Assembly (NCBI GenBank): GCA_965250085.1
Contig: OZ252287.1
Location: 1,024,001 to 1,088,000 of the forward strand
DNA: 64,000 bases
Direction of reading: 5' to 3'
Source: Candidatus Altimarinota bacterium
GTDB lineage: Bacteria > Patescibacteriota > Gracilibacteria > CAIRYL01
Part shown: one piece after another, positions 58,400-64,000 of the stretch
Layout of the letters: each line of letters opens with the position of its first letter
How positions within the stretch are numbered: position 1 is the stretch's first letter
Program-made: the position numbers and the translations under genes
The notes under the pieces: generated by a model
Databases searched by the model: none
What the model was told of the DNA's origin: nothing
The model's input: only the letters and a program-made list of their open reading frames with translations

Positions 58400-60829
58400 A
58401 TGCCCCCTCAAGTTGCTACGACGAGTACTGCACACACTGATGTAGAAGAAAAAGAACACGATATATCAGAAGAAAAAACATCGGTTACCATCTCTCAGGA
58501 TAAACAAAGGTATCCGCGTATTTCTGCTGTGAAAAAAAGAGATACTTCAATGGTGCCGTTCAACCCGGAAAAAATCAGGACAGCGATTTTAAAAGCAGCT
58601 CAAACAGTGGCAATGCGAGATGGCGAACTTCCGAATGAAGAAGAAACGAGTCATATGACACAAGTAGTGCTCAACTATCTCAATAAAAAATACGGAAATC
58701 GAGTACCAACAGTCGAAGAAATAAATGATCTGGTTGAAATGGCGCTTATTAAAGAAGGACACGCAAGAACAGCGAAAGAATTTATTGTCTATCGTTTTCA
58801 GAGACAGCAAATCCGTGAAGGACGTATTTTAGAAATGAAGAAAGCCCTCTCCAAAGACTTCCTTGCAAAATATGAAGGAAGACAACCAAAGTGGGGATTT
58901 AACGGCTTGGGATATATTACCTACAAACGCACATACGCGCGTATTGTTGAAGGAGCCGGTCGTACCGAAGAATGGTGGGAGACAGTAGAACGATGCACAG
59001 AATGGATCTATAAAATGCATCACAAAATGAATATTACAATGCCACAAAAATACTATGAAGATCTGTATGACGCCGTGTTTCATCTCAAGGCAAATTTTTC
59101 CGGGCGTATGCTCTGGCAGGCAGGTTCTACTACAGTAGATGCCTTGGGAGGGGCATCAATGAATAATTGCTGGTGTCTCCTTATGGACTGCAAAGAATCA
59201 TTTCTCAATGCCCTCGATTACCTTATGCTCGGAGGAGGGGTTGGGTTCAATATTCAAAAAAGATATGTAGACAAAATTCCTCCCGTATATTCAGGAGTGG
59301 AGGTCGTAAGAAATGACGTTAATGATGCTGATTTTATTGTTCCCGATTCAAGAGAAGGATGGATTGACCTTCTTAGTAAAGTGCTTGACTCGTATCTCAC
59401 CACAGGAAGGTCATTTACCTATTCACTCCACTGTATCCGCGGATATGGAGAACCTATTAAAGGATTTGGAGGAAAGGCCTCTGGGCCAGAGCCACTTGCC
59501 AATGGAATCACTAAAATTACTAATGTGCTCAAAGCGAGAGAAAGCAAAAAACTCAGGCCCATAGACGTTCTGGATATTATGAATATTATTGGAGAAATTG
59601 TCGTTGCGGGCAATGTACGACGTAGCGCAGAAATAGCTCTCGGAGACGCAGATGACACCGAGTTTATGGAGGCGAAAATGTGGTCTAAGGGCATTCCTAA
59701 TCATCGGGCAATGTCCAATAATTCACTACTTTGTGACGACATCAATGCTCTTCCAGAGAGCTTTTGGAAAGGATATGAAATTAACCCAGAGACCGGTACG
59801 GCGCACTCTGAACCTTACGGGCTCATGAACCTGTCACTTTGTCAGGAAAAAGGAAGGCTCTCTGATGATCATCGCAAGGATCCAAATGTTGTGGGAACAA
59901 ATCCGTGTGCTGAAATTTCACTCGCCCCCACAGAGGATAATGGAGGAGCCGAACCTTGTAATCTCTGTGAAATTTATCTGAATAATATTGCTGATGAAGC
60001 TGAATTTATCAAGGTAGCAAAACTGATGTATCCAGTTATCAAAACCATTACTCGGTTGCCATATCATCAAAGAGCAACTGAAGAGATTGTCCATAAAAAT
60101 TCACGACTCGGAATGGGGATCACCGGTATTGTCATGAGACCAGATCTTACCACTTCAGAAACTCTTACCAATGTCTACAGAGCTATCGAAAAATATGATG
60201 CAGAATTTTCTAAAAAAAATGATCTTCCAGAGAGTATAAAACTCACAACAGTGAAGCCTTCAGGGACTCTTTCTCTTCTCGCTGGAGCAACACCAGGAGT
60301 GCATCCAGCATATTCACGTTACTACATTCGTCGTGTGCGCATGTCATCTGATGATCCACTCATACAAAAGTGTCGAGAAGCGGGATTGCATGTAGAACAT
60401 GTCAAAAGATTTGATGGAACGGAAGACCACAAAACATGTGTTGCAAGTTTTCCAGTAGAACTTGAAAAAGGGATTACCATTGCAGAAGAAATGACGGCTA
60501 TCAAGCAAATGGAACTCCACAAGCATATTCAGACTCATTGGGCAGATAATAATGTGTCTGTGACGGTGTACTACCGTCCAGAAGAGCTCCCCGCGATCAA
60601 AAAATGGCTCAAAGAAAATTATAATGATGGTGTCAAAACAATCTCATTTCTGCTCCACCAAGAACATGGATTTGAACAAGCTCCATATGAAGAGATCAGT
60701 AAAGAAAAATATGGAGAAGAAATGAAAAAATTTACTGGATTTGATTTTCAACAAAAAGAGCTCGAGGTTAAATCGCGCACTCTTGCTGAAAGCGTGGAGT
60801 GTGAAGGGGGACACTGTCCAGTGAGATAA
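58400..60829 (+). CDS. nrdJ: Class II (B12-dependent) ribonucleotide reductase with N-terminal ATP cone
   Basis: VKKRD..FNPEKI ATP cone; YKRTYAR, NNC, GGGVGF, VAGNVRRSA, GTNPCAEI, TVKPSGT, C-terminal CEGGHCPVR. Confidence 0.93.
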   Translation: MPPQVATTSTAHTDVEEKEHDISEEKTSVTISQDKQRYPRISAVKKRDTSMVPFNPEKIRTAILKAAQTVAMRDGELPNEEETSHMTQVVLNYLNKKYGNRVPTVEEINDLVEMALIKEGHARTAKEFIVYRFQRQQIREGRILEMKKALSKDFLAKYEGRQPKWGFNGLGYITYKRTYARIVEGAGRTEEWWETVERCTEWIYKMHHKMNITMPQKYYEDLYDAVFHLKANFSGRMLWQAGSTTVDALGGASMNNCWCLLMDCKESFLNALDYLMLGGGVGFNIQKRYVDKIPPVYSGVEVVRNDVNDADFIVPDSREGWIDLLSKVLDSYLTTGRSFTYSLHCIRGYGEPIKGFGGKASGPEPLANGITKITNVLKARESKKLRPIDVLDIMNIIGEIVVAGNVRRSAEIALGDADDTEFMEAKMWSKGIPNHRAMSNNSLLCDDINALPESFWKGYEINPETGTAHSEPYGLMNLSLCQEKGRLSDDHRKDPNVVGTNPCAEISLAPTEDNGGAEPCNLCEIYLNNIADEAEFIKVAKLMYPVIKTITRLPYHQRATEEIVHKNSRLGMGITGIVMRPDLTTSETLTNVYRAIEKYDAEFSKKNDLPESIKLTTVKPSGTLSLLAGATPGVHPAYSRYYIRRVRMSSDDPLIQKCREAGLHVEHVKRFDGTEDHKTCVASFPVELEKGITIAEEMTAIKQMELHKHIQTHWADNNVSVTVYYRPEELPAIKKWLKENYNDGVKTISFLLHQEHGFEQAPYEEISKEKYGEEMKKFTGFDFQQKELEVKSRTLAESVECEGGHCPVR

Positions 60830-60917
60830 TTTTTGCGAGAAAAGCAGGATATTAAAATTTAGAAAGGAGAGGAAAACATTTTCTTTCTGGCTTTGATTGG
60901 AGGGATGTAGGAAAGAA

Positions 60918-61877
60918 CTATACAACTTCATCTCTCCCTATTCGTTCCTTCGGAGGGATCCATTTTTGATCAAGGGTGGCATATACTTCTTCTTCAGTCG
61001 TTCCTGCGACTTTCTCTTTCCCTCTAAAGACACCATACTCAGAAAGCAGGAGTCCTTTCTTCTGAGCTATACGTCTCAAAAGAATATTATGCTCCTTTGA
61101 TCCTGTAAAATATTGGAGTGCTGAACCAAAACTTTCTGGTTCTACAACTCTTAAATCCACTTGTCTCTCGCCTTTAACAAAAACTGAAGCCTTGGTATGC
61201 CCTTTGGCATTTATTTTTGTAATTTCTGGGCATGTGAGAAAGAAATTGATGACCTCATCAGGATTTTTACTCACTGCCAAAATATCAATGTCTCCAATTG
61301 TTGTGGACTGTCTTCTGAGGCTTCCAGCGACCTCTATTTGTTGCGCTTGGCTGCATTTCTGAAGATGTTTTACAAAGATATCAGCAATTTGCTTTGCTTC
61401 TGCATAAGGAATACGACTCTGCTGTCCAGCCGAGAGTTCTATCGATTTCTTGATATTTTCTACTGTCTTTTCCCCAAAATTTTCTCGCTCAGCTAATTTC
61501 CCACTTTTAAGAAGAATTGCGAGATCTTGCTTGCTTTGAATTTGATATTCAAACCAGAGAATTTTGAGCGTCTTGGACCCAATGCCTGGAATATTGAGAA
61601 GATCAAGCAATCCTGATGGAAAACCAGATTCAAGTTTTTCCAAAGCAGCGATCTTTCCCGTATCCCGATATTCCACAATCTTTCCTGCAAGAGCTTGACC
61701 AATACGTGGTATTTTTCTCAGTTCTGATTCTGATGCAGATGATAAAATCTCTTCAGAAAGCCCTCCTATTATTTCTGCACCCGTTCGGTATGCACGTATT
61801 TTAAATGCATTTTCTTCAGCAAGTTCCAGAAGATTTGCCATTTCCAAAAATCGATCTTTGAGCTCAAATGCCAGCAC
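60918..61877 (-). CDS. polX: DNA polymerase family X, without PHP domain (start uncertain)
   Basis: ENAFKIRAY, IPGIGSKT, AGSLRR..IGDIDIL, VDLRVV, YFTGSKEHN, LSEYG. Confidence 0.92.
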   Translation of the reverse strand: MLAFELKDRFLEMANLLELAEENAFKIRAYRTGAEIIGGLSEEILSSASESELRKIPRIGQALAGKIVEYRDTGKIAALEKLESGFPSGLLDLLNIPGIGSKTLKILWFEYQIQSKQDLAILLKSGKLAERENFGEKTVENIKKSIELSAGQQSRIPYAEAKQIADIFVKHLQKCSQAQQIEVAGSLRRQSTTIGDIDILAVSKNPDEVINFFLTCPEITKINAKGHTKASVFVKGERQVDLRVVEPESFGSALQYFTGSKEHNILLRRIAQKKGLLLSEYGVFRGKEKVAGTTEEEVYATLDQKWIPPKERIGRDEVV

Positions 61878-61943
61878 AAATTTGCAAAAAAAGACAAAAA
61901 AGAGTATATCATACAGATACTTTTTTCTCATTTCTTCTTTTCT

Positions 61944-62372
61944 ATGTCAGACCACATGAACATGCAACATCGGCCTCGTAAACATTCTTCTCAAAAAATA
62001 CTTCTTATCCTTGCAGGAATTACATTGCTCTCTACATTTCTTCCCTGGTTTCACATGAATATTCCAGAGCTTGGAGGAATACCTCTGGGAATACCAGATG
62101 TAAGCGTTAATGGCATGCATTCCGTAGGCATGCTTACATTTCTGGGATCTTTGGGATATGTACTTTGGAAAGGACTTCCCATGGCGGGGATAAGCATTCC
62201 TCAAATAAGCATGTCAGACATAAAACTTCAAAAAACTCTAGCAATTCTCATGATTGCTGGACCGATTTTCTGGATCCTAAAAATGCAGTTTGGACTTTCG
62301 GGAACAGGAATCGGATTTTGGGGAGCTCTAATCTGTAGCACCCTTTTTGCTTGGAAAACTTTTAAAAAATAA
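61944..62372 (+). CDS. Hypothetical membrane protein
   Basis: 142 aa, four TM helices, FLPW and GIGFW motifs. Confidence 0.7.
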   Translation: MSDHMNMQHRPRKHSSQKILLILAGITLLSTFLPWFHMNIPELGGIPLGIPDVSVNGMHSVGMLTFLGSLGYVLWKGLPMAGISIPQISMSDIKLQKTLAILMIAGPIFWILKMQFGLSGTGIGFWGALICSTLFAWKTFKK

Positions 62373-62377
62373 ATTTT

Positions 62378-64000
62378 TTATAAGAGAAATCGTGCATCTA
62401 ATGCAATCACTCCTTTTCCCTGAGATCTCACGAGGAGGGGATTGATGTCAAGTTCAGTAATTTCGGGGATATCAATTGATATATGAGCAATTGCAACAAT
62501 CGCTTGTGCCAAGCGTGCAATATCCGCGGGAGCTTCTCCACGGATACCCTTGAGAAGTTGAATAGCTTTTACTTCATGGATCATATTTTCCGCTTCATAA
62601 GTATCCATCGGAGCAATCCGAAACGAGACGTCTTTCATGGCTTCCACATATACTCCTCCTAATCCAAACATAATTAATGGACCGAACACTTCATCTCGTT
62701 TCATGCCCACAATCACCTCTCGCCCGAAATGATACATCTTTTGTACTAATATCCCATCGACTTGTGCCTTTGGGGCTTTCTTCTGAACATTTATATTTAT
62801 TTCCTCAAAAGCTGATATGACCTCATCTGCATTTTTGAGTGCGAGTCGCACTCCACCAACATCAGTTTTGTGAAGCACCTCATCTGATGCTATTTTCAGC
62901 ACGACTGGATATCCTATTCTTTCTGCAAATTGTACGGCCTCATCTTTGGAATTTGCTATGAGTGCCGCCGGCAAAGAAATATCATAAGTCCTCAGAAGTT
63001 CCGATATGATTTTAGAACTGAGTTGCAAATTTCCTTTCTTTTGCTCAGTTTGTATTTTTTTCCGGAGAGAAGAAGAGAGAGGGTGTTTTTGAGTGGTATT
63101 TTTCTCTCGATTTTGATTTTTCCTCCATTTGGAAAGCTCTGCCATGCGTTCAAATGTCCGTACAGCCCTCGTGGGATACAGAAAATTGGGAACACTATTT
63201 TCTTCTAATTTTTTGGCGGCATATTCAATATTTTTCCCTCCCATAAAAGCAGTGAAAATGGGTTTGTCTGGATATGCTTCATTGAATGCTATCGCAACTT
63301 CTGCAGTTTCTTCCTTTTCAGTCATTATTTGTGGGGTAAGAATGGTGAGCACCATATCCACATTCTCATCTGCACACACCTTGCTTAGAGCGGATGCATA
63401 GCGATCACTCAATGCATCCCCAATGACATCTACTGGATTATGAATATTGGCAGTAGAGGGTAGTGATGATGCGAGTTGATGAGAAGTCTTTTGAGAAAAC
63501 TCCGCCATTTGTAAAATCTCGGAAATATCAATAGCATCAGTAGCAATCACCCCCGGACCTCCTGCATTTGTAACAATAGCCACTTGAGTTCCATTGGGAA
63601 GAGGTTGCATACTGAGTGCGCGCGCGAGATCAAAAAAATCTTCGACAGTATGAGCCCTGAGAACACCAGAGGTATTCATAGCAGCCTCTACTGCTTGGTC
63701 AGAGCCAGCTAAAGCTCCAGTATGAGAAGAAACCGCCTTAATTCCGGCATCAGAAATGCCTGACTTAAAAAGTACAATCGGTTTTTTAAGAGCCACTTTT
63801 TTCGAAATTTCCATAAATTGTTTTCCGTCTGCAAAGCTTTCGAGGTAGAGCATGATCACATCGGTATCGTTGTCTTTCTCCAGAAACTCCAAGCAATCGT
63901 TTTCGGTAATGCCTGCTTTGTTTCCCAAACTCACAATTTTACTAAATCCAATATTTTCTTCATATGCCCAGTCAGTAATGGCTACAGCCATGGCTCCGGA
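62378..64000 (-). CDS. ADP-forming acetate/acyl-CoA ligase family protein (5' truncated by window edge)
   Basis: SLGNKA, SSHTGALAG, TNAGGPG, NPVD, ATP-grasp GYPVVLK..HKTDVGGV, FGLGG, ELDINP. Confidence 0.93.
   Translation of the reverse strand, partial: SGAMAVAITDWAYEENIGFSKIVSLGNKAGITENDCLEFLEKDNDTDVIMLYLESFADGKQFMEISKKVALKKPIVLFKSGISDAGIKAVSSHTGALAGSDQAVEAAMNTSGVLRAHTVEDFFDLARALSMQPLPNGTQVAIVTNAGGPGVIATDAIDISEILQMAEFSQKTSHQLASSLPSTANIHNPVDVIGDALSDRYASALSKVCADENVDMVLTILTPQIMTEKEETAEVAIAFNEAYPDKPIFTAFMGGKNIEYAAKKLEENSVPNFLYPTRAVRTFERMAELSKWRKNQNREKNTTQKHPLSSSLRKKIQTEQKKGNLQLSSKIISELLRTYDISLPAALIANSKDEAVQFAERIGYPVVLKIASDEVLHKTDVGGVRLALKNADEVISAFEEININVQKKAPKAQVDGILVQKMYHFGREVIVGMKRDEVFGPLIMFGLGGVYVEAMKDVSFRIAPMDTYEAENMIHEVKAIQLLKGIRGEAPADIARLAQAIVAIAHISIDIPEITELDINPLLVRSQGKGVIALDARFLL

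Noticed and set aside
58400-60829. Intein or intron in nrdJ
   Set aside because: The ORF is continuous, of ordinary length, with no splice-junction or homing-endonuclease motifs seen.

Overview
64 kb of an AT-rich bacterial chromosome in the standard genetic code (TGA is used as stop). Weak ribosome-binding sites, VirB2-like pilins, split dcw and ribosomal operons and many lineage-specific ORFs suggest a CPR/Patescibacteria lineage, possibly Peregrinibacteria-like (inference). Most of it is housekeeping: glyA x2, recX, dcd, purF/purA/purB, sufCBDS, rsmH-ftsL, tsaC, queA, rplY, tRNA-Leu(CAA), rplA, nadM, prmC, ybeY, ftsA-ftsZ, femX-like, tig, radC, dgt, riboflavin kinase, valS, class II nrdJ, polX and an acyl-CoA ligase. 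It also holds one complete IS1595-family (IS1016-like) element. Three features stand out. (1) A family of ~35-40 bp 'tail + GC hairpin' palindromes has at least 11 copies; an inverted pair brackets a DUF559 endonuclease gene, and others sit in frame inside valS (twice), nadM and a FemX-like gene, suggesting a nuclease-driven, peptide-inserting mini-element system. (2) A 1309-aa SNF2-type helicase carries five tandem 77/79-aa repeats with a near-invariant scaffold, hypervariable patches and mosaic shuffling, followed by an Ig-like domain. (3) An orphan MazF/PemK toxin inside the suf operon has a convergent antisense promoter and UUCG/GNRA hairpins, a candidate RNA antitoxin. All functional calls come from motif recognition by eye; no database searches were run.
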